Shown here: positions 1 to 12,069 of the stretch, one piece after another
Layout: each line of letters starts with the position of its first letter
How positions within the stretch are numbered: position 1 is the first letter of the stretch
NCBI GenBank assembly: GCA_035221665.1
Contig: CM069134.1
Location: 100,068,001 to 100,132,000, forward strand
DNA length: 64,000 nt
Source: Okamejei kenojei
Taxonomy: Eukaryota
Direction of reading: 5' to 3'
Notes under the pieces: model-generated
The model's database searches: none
The model's input: only the letters and a program-made list of their open reading frames with translations
Told to the model about the DNA's origin: nothing
Program-made: the position numbers and the translations under genes

Positions 1-2337
1 CAATCACACTCTATATTCAAAACTTACTTGCAATTGGGGTTTAGCTACATCTAACACTGGCCTTGCTGAATGACATAGGCATCGAATGTGTGCATCAGAA
101 ATACTAAAGACATCCACATAGTGGTGCTTTAGTAGGGTTAAGTACTGAAGACCTTAGGAGTGGGAATACTAACCCTGCACTGTCGACATATAGTGACATT
201 AGTGCCAGATTGGGTAATTGTAAGGCAAATTACTTGATGGGGAATGCTATCAATCATTACGTCAAAGTAATTGATTATGCCAAGCACTTTTATGATGTTT
301 CACCATTGTACAGTGCCACACAAACAGCTTGTATTAATTCTTGTGTCCTATAGCTTTTTCATAGCATTGAAAAATTACCAATACTTTCCATGCTTAAGGA
401 AGAAAGACAATTAGAGGTATGATCCACTTTCCTCACTCTCTTCCAAGACCTACCTAAGATTTATTGTCACAGCATCAGGCAAAACATACTCTTATTTTGT
501 GGAATTCCAGGATTATCAACACTGATTTTGGGACTCTTTCACAATTCCGTTCATTGAAAATGTGACCATAATTTGATATTTGACAGAATGAATTCAATTT
601 TTTAATTTTTTTCGACTAACAAGTTGTTGCAGGACTCTTTCCAGAGTTTTGGAAATTGCAGCCTGGTTATTCATTGGCAGAGTACTGTGCTGCAGATAAC
701 AGATACAATCCAGAGTAAAGAGCAATGGTGCCTCTTCATGCCCAGTGCAAAGTTTGACCATTGGTTTTCTGGCAGAGAGAACTAAAACTTGCGTCTGGCA
801 TGAAATCCATCCCAGCCTATTGATACCAGCAATAATGTGTTGTACAATTTCAGGCTTCAAATGGTGAACTTCTCCCTCATCATTATGAACAATAATAGTT
901 CAAATTTACTTACATGACAGTTTTTGTTTCCAGCCCTGTTTCCCTGATATTGCCATTTATAGGACCAAGATTCAACCGGTATTATTTGCATGGCTTCTTC
1001 AAAACCTTCTGTAGTTACTAGTTATTCTATAAACTATTCACGTAAAATTAAGCCTTGTTTTTATCTTCCACCGTTTTCTGTATTCAAAGCTTATCTACAG
1101 CTAATGCCCAATTATTAGATGACATGCAAATGGAATGTGGGCATCAAGGCACAATAGGGACCAAGTGGGAGATGGTATATGATGGGTTCCTCACTGACAA
1201 TCTTGTCCACCCAGAATTTACCTGGACGCATATCATCAATTAGACTTCACGATGAAACGTAGTTCAACCAAGCAATGCTTCATCAGGACATTCCTCACTG
1301 TGACATGCAACTTTAGATACAACCTCATGGCCAGGACTACTCTCACAGTCTAAGTCAAGGTTAGTCTCTCTTAGCTTCTTCACCTCAGGATTATTCCTGG
1401 CTGCTGAGACTAAACTATCTCAAATGTCACAGTTTACTGCTCCCTGCTGCATTAGCAACATCACTGATGCTCTGTTCTTAAGGAGAGGAGCCCTCGGCCC
1501 ATAGGAACAGATAGAATGGGGACTGGAATCTTCCTGCAGTGCAGGCTTCCCCAAAGGGCAGGAGCCTAAAGACCTTCCAATTGGCACGGCTATAAGCATG
1601 GAGAGCCTCCTGCTCTTAGGGCACACAGAACCCTCCTTACTTTGTCAAAACTACAGCAAGATTGGAACATTAGATAAATGCATGAAGGACCACCATTCAT
1701 GGCTCCCATTAATGCAATAAGAGGATGACAATTTGAATCCTTTTTCAAGACCTCTCTATCCTAACATCAGTGTCAAGGATGAAGCTAGAGGAATCACATT
1801 ACTTAAATGGCCTGGAAAGCATGGGAATGGGGCTGTAGGTGAGGTAATGGCAAAGCCATATACAGATGACAATCCTTCCAAGAGCCAGGAGATAGTTTTG
1901 CATGTGGTTTCTTCAATGAGCGAGCAGCAGAGGGCGAAGTTAGAGGCTTCAGCACAATTTGTCTGTGCCCATCTCACTTGCAACATTTTGACTAAAAATC
2001 ACTATTGCTGCGTTTTCAAAATAATTCAGTCAGTTAGCCCAATCAGTACTTATGCTTCAATCACACCTCCTTTCATCCTTCCGCATTCATCTCCATCAGC
2101 TTATTCCTTTATTCCTCTCACCCTCGTAATGCATTTGTTACTTCTTGTCACCCTGCATCATTTCTCAGCCACTTGTATTGAAGATCTGTAGTTTTGCTTT
2201 TCTCTGCATTACTATGGCCTTGCTATTAAGACCTTGCATCATTTTAAAATAGCTTCTTGGTTAACACCTCTGTCTTCTCCTCCCAAGAGAAACGATTCAG
2301 TCTGTTTATGGGTTCCTGATGGGTTCAACTCTGGCGC

Positions 2338-2627
2338 TTAGTTTTAGAGATACAGTGCAGAAACTGGCCCTTCGGCCCACTGGGTCTGTGCCGACCAGTG
2401 ATCCCCGCATATTAACACTATCCTACACCTACCAGGGCCAATGTTTACATTTACCAAGCCAATTAACCTTCAAGCCGGTACGTCTTTGGAGTGTGGGAGA
2501 TAACCCACGTGGTCACGGGGAGAACGTACAAACTCTGTACAGACAGCACCCATAGTCGGGATCGAACTCGGGTCTCCAGCGCTGCATTCGCTGTAAGGCA
2601 GCAACTCTACCGCTGTGCCACCGTGCC
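2338..2627 (-). mobile_element. tRNA-derived SINE (HE1/V-SINE-like), full length
   Basis: The reverse strand reads GGCACGGTGGCACAGCGGTAGAG (A box) ... GAGTTCGATCCC (B box), then the V-domain-like core GAGTTTGTACGTTCTCCCCGTG and a CR1-like tail GGGCCGAAGGGCC...CTGTATCTCTAAAAC. Confidence 0.9.
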
Positions 2628-3154
2628 ATACCTTTGGAATCATCCTGGTATCCCCCAGTGCTTCTACACCCCCAAGTACAATGTGATGACTAGATTGCAT
2701 AAACCTCTACAGAATGTTACCTAAAGAAGGATTTATAGAAATTTAACATAACACCCACATTTTTAATTTGATCCCTCTAAAAATAAATCCTGATAATTAC
2801 TTGATTTTTGAAGACCTCATTAACTTGCCCTGCTAGTTTTAGTAACTTGTGTATTTGTACTCCCAGATATCATTACTCCTTTAACCCATTGAGATTCAAT
2901 GTTATCAAGTAACACCAAAGATTGTTATTGTTCTTGCTGATAGGTGCCCATTTGCACTCCTTTACATCAAACTTAATTAACCAATGGTAGACTATTATTG
3001 CAAAATATTTTGATGTCTTCTTGGTAACCAAAGGATTTCTGCCAATGATGATCATAACAAGTGCATCTTCAGAAGGTGAATTATACTATTATTTTTTTGT
3101 ATTTCCAAGGAAGATGATAGAGCGTAATACATCCATCGGTATACTGTAGAGCAA

Positions 3155-3250
3155 GTGTTTCCTCCACAGATGCTGCCTGAACCGCTGAGTTCTTCCTGCA
3201 GATTGCTTTTTGCTCAAGATCCCAGCATCTGCAGTTTCTTGAGTCTCCAG
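3155..3250 (+). mobile_element. Degenerate Penelope-like terminal repeat fragment
   Basis: CCACAGATGCTGCCTGAACCGCTGAGTTCTTC...CCAGCATCTGCAGTT matches the downstream half of the repeat module seen at 3900-4030 and 36541-36640. Confidence 0.65.
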
Positions 3251-3805
3251 TACAGAGAAGGCATTTGAATTATGTTTTCTTGGGGTTTAATAGCAACCTT
3301 CTCCAGAGCAGAGGGCATGAAGCAGTATTCAAAGGCATACCAATTACCTTGAAGACTAACACTGGAGGGAGAAGATCATCTGCAGCCTTTTATTTTGAAA
3401 GAAGACTGTTAAGTCTGACATCATGCTTAAAATATTTGGAATATAGACATTCTGGAGTAATAAGTTTGGAAGAAATCTGATTTTTTGAATTTGAACACTG
3501 TGTAAATGACCTTTGCTGTATTTGCCTTGTTAAAATGATACAGATCCCAGCTTGGCATCTTAAAGTTGAATGATTTATTGTGAATAGATGTGACTGTTAC
3601 AAACCGGGTCTTGGTGCAAGTAAATTACGCACACATTTTGTGTGTGTATTGAGTAAGCAGCATTAAGGACCAGACAAGTTAACGTATCAGATAAAACTTC
3701 TCTTATGAGTACTCATGTCTACTTTTTGTAAATTGCCATTGATATTTCCAATATATTCTACTTTTACGAAATGTGCTGGAATGAATGAAGTGAGTAAGTA
3801 GTAAA

Positions 3806-4030
3806 GGCAGACAAAAATGCTGGAGAAACTCAGCGGGTGCAGCAGCATCTATGGAGCGAAGGAAATAGGCAACGTTTCGGGCCGAAACCCTTCTTCAGAC
3901 TGAAGAAGGGCTTTGGCCCGAAACATTGCCTATTTTCTGTGCTCCATAGATGCTGCCTCACCTGCTGAGTTTCTCCAGCATTTTTGTCTACCTTCGATTT
4001 TCCAACATCTGCAGTTCCTTCTTAAACGAA
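3806..4030. mobile_element. Palindromic non-autonomous Penelope-like element with two head-to-head hammerhead-like cores
   Basis: Inverted arms of ~95 bp are centred on 3899. Cores CTGAAGA-A-stem-GAAAC lie at 3874-3898 (-) and 3900-3924 (+). A perfect 11-bp direct repeat TAAGTAGTAAA flanks it at 3795-3805 and 4031-4041. Confidence 0.85.
3900..3927 (+). ncRNA. Minimal type I hammerhead ribozyme-like motif
   Basis: CTGAAGA A GGGC TTTG GCCC GAAAC ATT gives the CUGANGA core, a 4-bp stem II with tetraloop, GAAA, then an NUH triplet. Helix I and helix III are weak or absent. Confidence 0.55.
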
Positions 4031-4333
4031 TAAGTAGTAAATACATCTTATCCCTTGCCGCTGTCCTCCCTGACATGAGATTGTGCATGGTGCTCTGAAA
4101 GGTTAAGAGTATGTACATGCCTGCACAGAGACTTCTAATAACTTTGAGGATAAGTAGCTGTTGTCCATTTCAGTGCATTCTCTGGTATTAGTAGCAGCCG
4201 CCTCACAGCAGCAGAGAAATAACAGATGACAGGGAATATGGAGGATAATTCTTTCCAATAAACTCATTGGCACACAACCCATTATTTGGCTTTTAAGAAA
4301 ACAGCAGCATCTGCATTGCATTAGTCTTGAGAT

Positions 4334-4617
4334 GCCGCCTTACAGTGAATACAGCGCTGGAGACCCGGGTTCGATCCCGATTACAGGTGCTGTCTGTATG
4401 GAGTTTGTACGTTCTCCCCGTGACCTGTGTGGGTTTTCTCCAAGATCTTCGGTTTCCTCCCACACTCCAAAGACCTACAGGTTTGTAGGTAAATTGTCCT
4501 GATAAATGTAAAAATTGTCCCTAGTGTGTGTAGAATAGTGTTAATATGCGCGGATCGCTGGTCGGTGCAGACCCGGTGGGTCGAAGGGCCTGTTTCCGCG
4601 CTGTAAACTAAACTAAA
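4334..4617 (+). mobile_element. tRNA-derived SINE (HE1/V-SINE-like), 5' slightly truncated
   Basis: B box GGGTTCGATCCC, core GAGTTTGTACGTTCTCCCCGTG...GGTTTCCTCCCACACTCCAAAGAC, tail GAAGGGCCTGTTTCCGCGCTG followed by (TAAAC)n. Confidence 0.9.
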
Positions 4618-5439
4618 GCTCAGCAAGAAGGCATGATCTGTTGACGCGTCAAGCCTACTGCCATTTTGTCATGGATGGCAACTCTATCTGTTTAATTCCA
4701 AATTCTCATCCATGCTCATCATTCTCTTATTACCCCTACTACTTAACAAAGTCTGTATCGTTTTTAAGTACTTCAATTGATTCTGCATCGTTGTCCTGTT
4801 ATTGTAGTGGACTCTGCATTCTCAGAACTATTTTGTATGAAGTAATAGTTTCTGGTTTTTTTTGTTCATTGTTACTGTCTGAATTTTCCCTCCCTCACAG
4901 TTACTCGACCAGAGAGAGAGATAAGATTTCCTCATCCAACCTGCCAGTTATTTTTATTATTTAATTAATAAACCTTAAGGTGGATTCTCCTCTTTCTTGT
5001 AACTGGGGAACTGCCTCCCTTAGAACATCTGCACAGCAATGGCCTGCAAGGCAATGACACATCTGGTTAACTAGTAGAGAAGCAGGGTGAGATTCCTGAC
5101 TCCGTTTCTCTCTGCTCCATTCTTCTTGTTACCCATATGAGCATCCCTGCTTGTGGGGAACTAGAACATTGATACTATGAACCCATTGTGTCAGAGAATC
5201 TCCAGATCTTTCAGATGTAGGTTGATATTGCACTCACAGAATCGGAGGGCTGTGGCTCTCCTGCACTTAGAGGTGCTCTTTCACCCAAGGTAACAGATGC
5301 TCTGACAGCATATTCTCCATATTGTGGACATTATTCTGTCAGCATACTGTAGTACAGCTGCAATTATTCTGTCTATCAACTTTCAAGGTTCAATAACATC
5401 CTCAGCGAGGTCACAAGAGCCTGCCAATGCTGGAATAGT

Positions 5440-6400
5440 TTTCCGACATTGGTGCCACATTCATCGTGATCCTACCACCGGTTATATCTTCCTGGTTCCA
5501 TCCCTTCCTCTTTTCCGTGGGGACCACTCTTTGTTCATTCATTTCTCCCATCCAACACCCCCACCCCCTGCATATGCTAGAGATACAACACTCGTTCCTA
5601 TACCTCGCTCACTTTCAGCCAAGGACTCTAGCAGCCCTTCCAGGAGAGATTCACTTGTGTCCCGTCCAATTTTGTCTAACGCATTCAGTGCATCTGATGT
5701 AGCCCCCTCTGCATTGGCAAGACCAAGTGTAGACTAGTTTTGCTGAACACATTCTTCATCCATGTAGGTCTGCTGGAGCTCCAGGTTGCCACCCATTTTT
5801 ACTCCCTTCCCATGTCCATACTGGCCTTTTCGACCTCCACTGCCAGAATGAGGTTAAACACAAACTGGAGGAACACCACCTCATATTCTGCTTGGATAGC
5901 TTACTATACAATGCAATGAACAACATATGTTCTAATTTGAAGTAAAATGCACAACTATCCCCTTCTTTTCCCCTCACTCCTTCTCCCACCACCATCCTTA
6001 CCTTGCTCCTTTCCCTTCCTCCTTCCACTCATCACCCACCCTTTCCAATTCAGAGTCCTCCATTTTCTTTTTATCCTTCTCTTTCCCCTTTCCCCTCACC
6101 GCTTCCATCGTTACCCCTCCCTCCGGCTTTACATTTCAATCTTCTTCTTTCCCTCTCTGATAACATTTTGTCTCCAATTCACCTCAAGCCTTTGTCATTA
6201 TTTCCACCATCTGCCAAATGACCCCACTCACTTCTATGTGTCTATCATTTGCTAGACTTCCCCCCCCCCCCCCACCTCTCTTTACCAGTTTTCTTCCTCC
6301 CACTTTTATCAACCTGAGGAAGGGCCTTGACGCAAAATGTTGTCTATCTAGTCCCTGCACAGAGACGGCCTGACCCATTTTAGCATGTTGATTTTGCTCC
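5440..6400 (+). mobile_element. Decayed Penelope-like element 3' part (GIY-YIG endonuclease remnant, pyrimidine-rich 3' UTR, degenerate terminal module)
   Basis: Broken frames read RFTCVPSNFV*RIQCI*CSPLCIGKTKCRL (GIY-YIG-like) and HCQNEVKHKLEEHHLIFCLDSL...SNLK* ending at ~5945. A degenerate core CTGAGGAAGGG...CAAAATG follows at ~6314. Confidence 0.75.
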
Positions 6401-6650
6401 TTCAGTGGTTAACTCCCTGAAACTAGTGCAGGTTGGATTTAGTGATTTATATTTTTAATATTTCTCTCTGTACCTCGCTCCATACATAGACTGGAGAGCA
6501 GCTCATCCAAACTTTGTGGGACTGAAATCTTTGCAGCCCACATTTGGCCCCATATCCAGCTTTTTGTTGTCACCAGTCTGCACCTTTCTATCATTGCAAG
6601 GTACTGTTTCCCACCGCTGGTCTTGTTGCATCATCAGAAGATCCAATGTG

Positions 6651-6780
6651 GAGTCATAGAGAGTTACAGCATGGAAACTGGCCCTTCCCCCCAACTAAAT
6701 TCATTCCAATTATCAACCACTCAATTACACTAATCCTATGTTAATCTCATTTTTTCATTCTCTTCACATTCAGTTCAACA
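6651..6780 (-). mobile_element. SINE 3' part (host of the CR1 insertion; continues at 9094-9195)
   Basis: Tail TACAGCATGGAAACTGGCCCTT.. and TACACTAATCCTA. The SINE core resumes after the LINE with CTTTGGGGTGTGGGATGAAAC. Confidence 0.65.
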
Positions 6781-6792
6781 GTTCAAGATGAT

Positions 6793-8995
6793 CACTTCGG
6801 GACCAGTGATCACAATACCATTAGTTTCAATATAATTATAGAGAGAGTCAGAACTGGACCTAGGGTGGAGATTTTTGATTGGAGAAAGGCTAACTTTGAG
6901 GGAATGCGTAAGGATTTTAAAGGAGTGAATTGGGACACTTTGTTTCATGGGGAGGATGTAGAAGAGAAATGGAGGACATTTAAAGGGGAAATTGTAAGAG
7001 TACAGAATCTTTATGTCCCTGTTAGGTTGAAAGGAAATAGTAAAAATTGGAAAGAGCCATGGTTTTCAAGGGAAATTGGACACTTGTTTCGAAAAAAAAG
7101 AGAGATATCTACAATAATTATAGGAGGCGTGGAGTAAATGAGGTGCTAGAGGAGTATAAAGAATGTAAAAAGAATCTTAAGAAAGAAATTAGGAAGGCTA
7201 AAAGAAGATATGAGGTTGCTTTGGCAAGAAAGGTGAAAGTAAACCCAAAGGGTTTCTACAGCTATATTAATAGCAAAAGGATAATGAGGGATAAAATTGG
7301 ACCATTAGAGAACCAGAATGGACAGCTATCTGCAGAGCCAAAAGAGATGGGGGAGATATTGAACAATTTCTTTTCTTCAGTATTCACCAAGGAGAAGGAT
7401 ATTGAACTCTGTGAGTTAAGGGGAAAAGTAGAGTAGCTATGGAAACTATGAGATTCAAAGAGGAGGAAGTACTGACACTTTTGAAAAATATAAAAGTGGA
7501 TAAGTCTCCAGGTCCTGACAGGATATTCCCATTGACATTGAGGGAAGTTAGTGTAGAAATAGCAGGAGCTATGACAGAAATATTTCAAATGTCATTAGAA
7601 ACGGGAATAGTGCCGGAGGATTGGCGTACTGCGCATGTTGTTCCATTGTTTAAAAAGGGTTCAAAGAATAAACCTAGCAATTATAGACCTATTAGTTTGA
7701 CGTCAATGGTGGGCAAATTAATGGAAAGGATACTTAGAGATAATATATATAAGCATCTGGATAAACAGGGTCTGATCAGGAACAGTCAACATGGATTTGT
7801 GCCTGGAAGGTCATGTTTTGACAAACCTTCTTGAATTTTTTTGAAGCGGTAACTAGGGAAATTGATGAGGGTAAAGCAGTGGATGTTGTCTATATGGATT
7901 TCAGTAAGGCCTTTGACAAGGTTCCCCATGGAAGGTTGGTTCAGAAGGTTCAATCTTTGGGTGTTAATGGCGGAGTAGCAAGATGGATTCAACAGTGGCT
8001 GAATGGGAGATGTCAGAGAGTAATGGTGGATGGCTGTTTGTCAGGTTGGAAGCCGGTGACCAGTGGGGTGCCTCAGGGATCTGTGTTGGGTCCACTGTTG
8101 TTTGTCATGTACATCAATGATCTGGATGATGGGGTGGAAAATTGGATAAGTAAGTATGCAGATGATACTAAGATAGGTGGTGTTGTGGATAATGAAGTAG
8201 ATTTTCAAAGTCTACAGTGAGATTTGGGCCATTTGGAAAAGTGGGCTGAAAGATGGCAGATGGAGTTTAATGCTGTTAAGTGTGAAGTGCTACATCTTGG
8301 CAGGACAAATCAAAATAGGAAGTACATGGTAAATGGTAGGGAATTGAGGAATGCTGTGGAACAGAGGGATCTAGGAATAACTGTGCATAGTTCCCTGAAG
8401 GTGGAATCGCATGTAGATATGGTGGTAAAGAAAGCCTTTGGTGTGCTGGCCTTTATAAATCAGAGCATTGAATATAGGAGTAGGGAAGTAATGTTAAAAT
8501 TGTACAAGGCATTGGTAAGACCAATTCTGGAGTATGGTGTACAATTTTGGTCACCTAGTTATAGGAAGGATGTCAACAAAATAGAGAGAGTACAGAGGAG
8601 ATTTACTAGAATGTTGCCAGGGTTCCAGCAACTATGTTACAGAGAAAGGTTGAACAAGTTAGGTCTTTATTCTTTGGAGCGCAGAAGGTTAAGGAGGGAC
8701 TTGATTGAGGTCTTTAAAATGATGAAAGGGATAGACAGAGTTGACGTGGATACGCTTTTCCCATTGGGTAGGGAAGATTCAAACAAGAGGGCATGACATG
8801 AGAATTAAGGGACAGAAGTTTCGGGGTAACGTGAGGGGGAACCTCTTTACTCAGAGGGTGGTGGCTGTGTGGAATGAGCTTCCAGCAGAAGTGGTGGAGG
8901 CAGGATCGATTTTAACATTTAAGACTAAAGTGGATAGGTATATGGACGTGAAGGGAATGGAGGGGTATGGTCTGAGTGCAGGTAGATGGGACTAG
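6793..8995 (+). pseudogene. CR1 ORF2 reverse transcriptase, frameshifted, with one in-frame stop
   Basis: ORF pieces 6865-7137, 7047-7436, 7439-7834, 7831-8220, 8224-8796 and 8741-8995 carry the motifs KSPGPD, NYRPISLT, QHGF, DFSKAFD, GVPQGSVLGP, YADD, LERRRLRRDLI and WNELP. Confidence 0.92.
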
Positions 8996-9081
8996 GGAAA
9001 AACAAATGGTCGGCACGGACTGGAAGGGCCGAGAGGGCCTGTTTTCCGTTCTGTAATTGTTATATGGTTATATGTTATATG
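6793..9081 (+). mobile_element. 5'-truncated CR1 LINE with 12-bp TSD
   Basis: Starts at the end of the endonuclease (HFGTSDHNTISF), contains the whole RT region, a 3' UTR and a (GGTTATAT)n tail. GTTCAAGATGAT is duplicated at 6781-6792 and 9082-9093. Confidence 0.95.
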
Positions 9082-9202
9082 GTTCAAGATGATACCACTC
9101 ATCTACACACAGGGTCAATGGACAATGGACAATTATCCTATAAACCTGCACGACTTTGGGGTGTGGGATGAAACAGGAGCACCTGGATGAAACTTGGATG
9201 AA

Positions 9203-9414
9203 ACAAGGACACCCAGGCCTCGTTGCACCCCCTCTGACACCATTCCGATAATAATCTGCTTCCTGTTCTTGCCACCAAAGTGGATAACCTCATATTTATC
9301 CACATTATACTGCATCTGCCATGCATCTGCCCACTCACCCAACTTATCGAAGTCACCCTACAGCCTCATAGCATCCTCCTCGCAGCTCACACTGCCTCCC
9401 AGCTTTGTGTCATC
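9203..9414 (-). mobile_element. CR1 RT fragment
   Basis: The reverse frame reads DDTKLGG...WADAWQMQYNVDKYEVIHFG. Confidence 0.85.
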
Positions 9415-10772
9415 CTACTATGATTTGGCTATAATAGTAGGTGTGTGAATTGGAACTGTCTCCTGGCATTGCACTCATCTCTTGATCATCCCCCAATGCA
9501 AATGCTCTGTTGTCAGTGACTGTAACATAAGTAATCAAGATGCTCAGTGGAATTTCCCCCCCCGCTAACTCTCTCCCATCTCTCTAAAATGTACCTCTTT
9601 TGCCTGATCTTTTGGGTGCCTCCTAGTATGATGGTCATTCTTTTGAATATTAACCATGAAGCTGCTGAGAAGTGTTTCAACATTGGCTGCACAAACAGAA
9701 TGCGTTGTTGTAGTAGGGATGCTTGTAGAGTTGTTGTCGTAGAGACGTTACTGAATGGTTTGGTAAATCCTTCCATTGCTGCTTTGCTGGAAATGTCAAG
9801 TGTGCACCATGTGAATTGAAATAATGTACTTGCTTACTTGTACAGCTGCAGGATACTACTCATATAATTGTCAAAGAAGCTTATTAATGTAAGCACAGCA
9901 CCTTAAAGACTTAGTATATATTCTTGTACACAATTGGGACCACTGTTTGAATTTACCTTTCAAATGAAAAGCGATATTGGCAGGAAGAGCATTGCAAAAC
10001 GTTGGCTCCATGTGGTGCCCTGTTTTCCAACTGTTAAAGCTAGAAACTCGTGCAACAAGCCCAGCCAAATCTCAGATGTGTTGCGAACAGTCGGAGGTGA
10101 TGTTTCGTGTGTAAACTTGCCAGACTCAGAATGTTATTGTTTCTGTCTCTTAGAGTGAAGCGAAACCCCAGCTCCAGCGCAGGAAGAAGAAATAAATAGA
10201 TATAAATCCAGGTAGGGAAAAAATCAACTTAAATGAGAGCTCATTGGGAATGTCTGTGAAATTGCATTTGTGTCTGGTGGCAGCATTGCGAACATTAGTG
10301 TAACATTTTAAAATCATAATCCTAACGCAAAGTTTCAAATGACAGGAATGACTGTTGGGAATTTTGTTGTGTCAATGTACAATGTAGGTCACATCTTTCT
10401 TGTGAAACCCTAAACTGTAATCCAGTCTGTAAAACAGTCTCTGATGATTAGAGCCAGGATTGTGCCGTAAATGCCATGTGCCATTTCATGCCTTTTCTGA
10501 TGATTTCACCAGGATAATGCCTTTTTCACGATGCCCTTTGCCCAAATCAGCCTTTTTTTGCCGTTTTACTAAAAGGTCGTTTGCATTTTCTCTAGTTGTA
10601 CCGTGATTACAATGACGTTTTCTAGGTTAATATGTTAATATTAATGTTATTATTAACGTGTTAACTTAGTATAACACAAGAAAACTTCCACCACCGGGGC
10701 AAAACCGGGCACGCCACCGTCGGTCGTTCATTCGTTCATGCCGCTTCCCGCTGGTTCAGTCTTCTCCAAGAT

Positions 10773-10930
10773 CAATTTAAGAAAGAACTGCAGAAGATGG
10801 AAAAATCAAAGGTAGACAAAAAATGCTGGAGAAACTCAGCGAGTGAGGCAGCATCTATGGAGGGAAGGAATAGGCGATGTTTCGGGTCGAGACCCTTCTT
10901 CAGACTGATGTGGGGGGGGGGGGGGGCAGG
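10773..10930 (-). mobile_element. Penelope-like terminal module with hammerhead-like core, nested in the hAT
   Basis: The reverse strand reads CCACATCAGT-CTGAAGA-A-GGGT CTCG ACCC-GAAAC-ATC..., with the core at 10879-10903. Confidence 0.8.
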
Positions 10931-12069
10931 AATTCCACTGTGGGAATTGGAAAACAAATCTCTCAGAGGCTTTTTTAGAGAATAGCGAGTCATCATTACG
11001 GAAGAATTATGTTGACAGCAACTTCACCATTGTTGTGCAGAAAATTAGAGATGAAGTTGCATGCGACAAAATATGGATCTCAATAGACGAGACAACCGAT
11101 GCTGTGGGGAGATATGTTGCCAATGTGATCATCGGTACAATGGAGGCAGGTCAACCATCAAAGGAGTATTTGTTGACATTAGAGGTCTTGGAGAAGTCAA
11201 ACAGCTCAACTATTGCTCAGTTGTTTATATCTTCACTTGCTGTACTTTGGACAGAAGGTATAAAACACGAGAATGTTCTTCTGTTTGTGATTAAAAGTTT
11301 TACTCCCCAAAATGTCGCATTTGACATGCTTAGCTCAAGGACTTCATAGAATTGCCAAGCACATATGTAGCTTGTTTCCGAATGTCGATCGCCTACTTTC
11401 CAATGTCAAGAAAATCTTCCTCAAAGCACCGTCACGTGTGCAGTTGTTCAAGGAAATGGCACTTGAGATTCCGCTACCTCCTCAGCCTGTTTTGACTAGG
11501 TGTGGTACATGGCTCTCTGCTGTACTCTACTATGCTGCAAATTTTGAAAAGATGAAAGAAATCGTCAACTGTTTTGAAGAAGAAGAATCTGCTGCAGTCA
11601 GGATCGTCAGTGTAATCATGCAGAAAACGTCCCTTCACCGCGATCTTGTGTTTATTGCTTCCAATTTTGCAAACTTCCCACAAGCTATCACTTCCCTTGA
11701 GAAACGAGGCGAAACATTAGTGAATAACTTGCAGGTTGTCAACAAAGTAACTGACGATATTCGTAAAGGTCCTGGCAATATAGGTAAAGACATACAAGGA
11801 AAATGTGAGATGTTTTTTAGCTAACAAAGGTCTTGAAGAAATAGAAAACATAGCTAAAGTTCTCAAAGGTAGTTGTAATGCACAAGATATCGACATGAAT
11901 ATAGAGCCTGTAGCTTGTTTCGGGTATGCACCAGTGACCTCAGCTGAGGTAGAAAGAAGTTTTTCACAACTGAAGCATATTCTGTCTGTCAGACGACAGT
12001 TTAATACCAGATAATTTGAAAAAAAAAATGCTAGTAATTATGTGCAACCAGGCAATTTTGGTCATTTAA
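10931..12069 (+). pseudogene. hAT transposase remnant (CGGBP1/DUF659-like clade)
   Basis: Motifs IPLWELENKSLRGF, IWISIDETTD (first catalytic D), HLTCLAQGLHR (CxxH mutated), PVLTRCGTW and YAPVTSAEVERSFS (catalytic E). There are frameshifts and a deletion near 11290. Confidence 0.85.

Noticed and set aside
2540-2627. tRNA gene (also at ~4334, ~30300, ~47721 and ~51788)
   Set aside because: The A/B boxes are SINE heads that continue into SINE core and LINE-derived tails; no full cloverleaf.
10154-10211. Candidate exon with good acceptor and CAG|GTAGGG donor
   Set aside because: All three frames contain stops and there is no other support.
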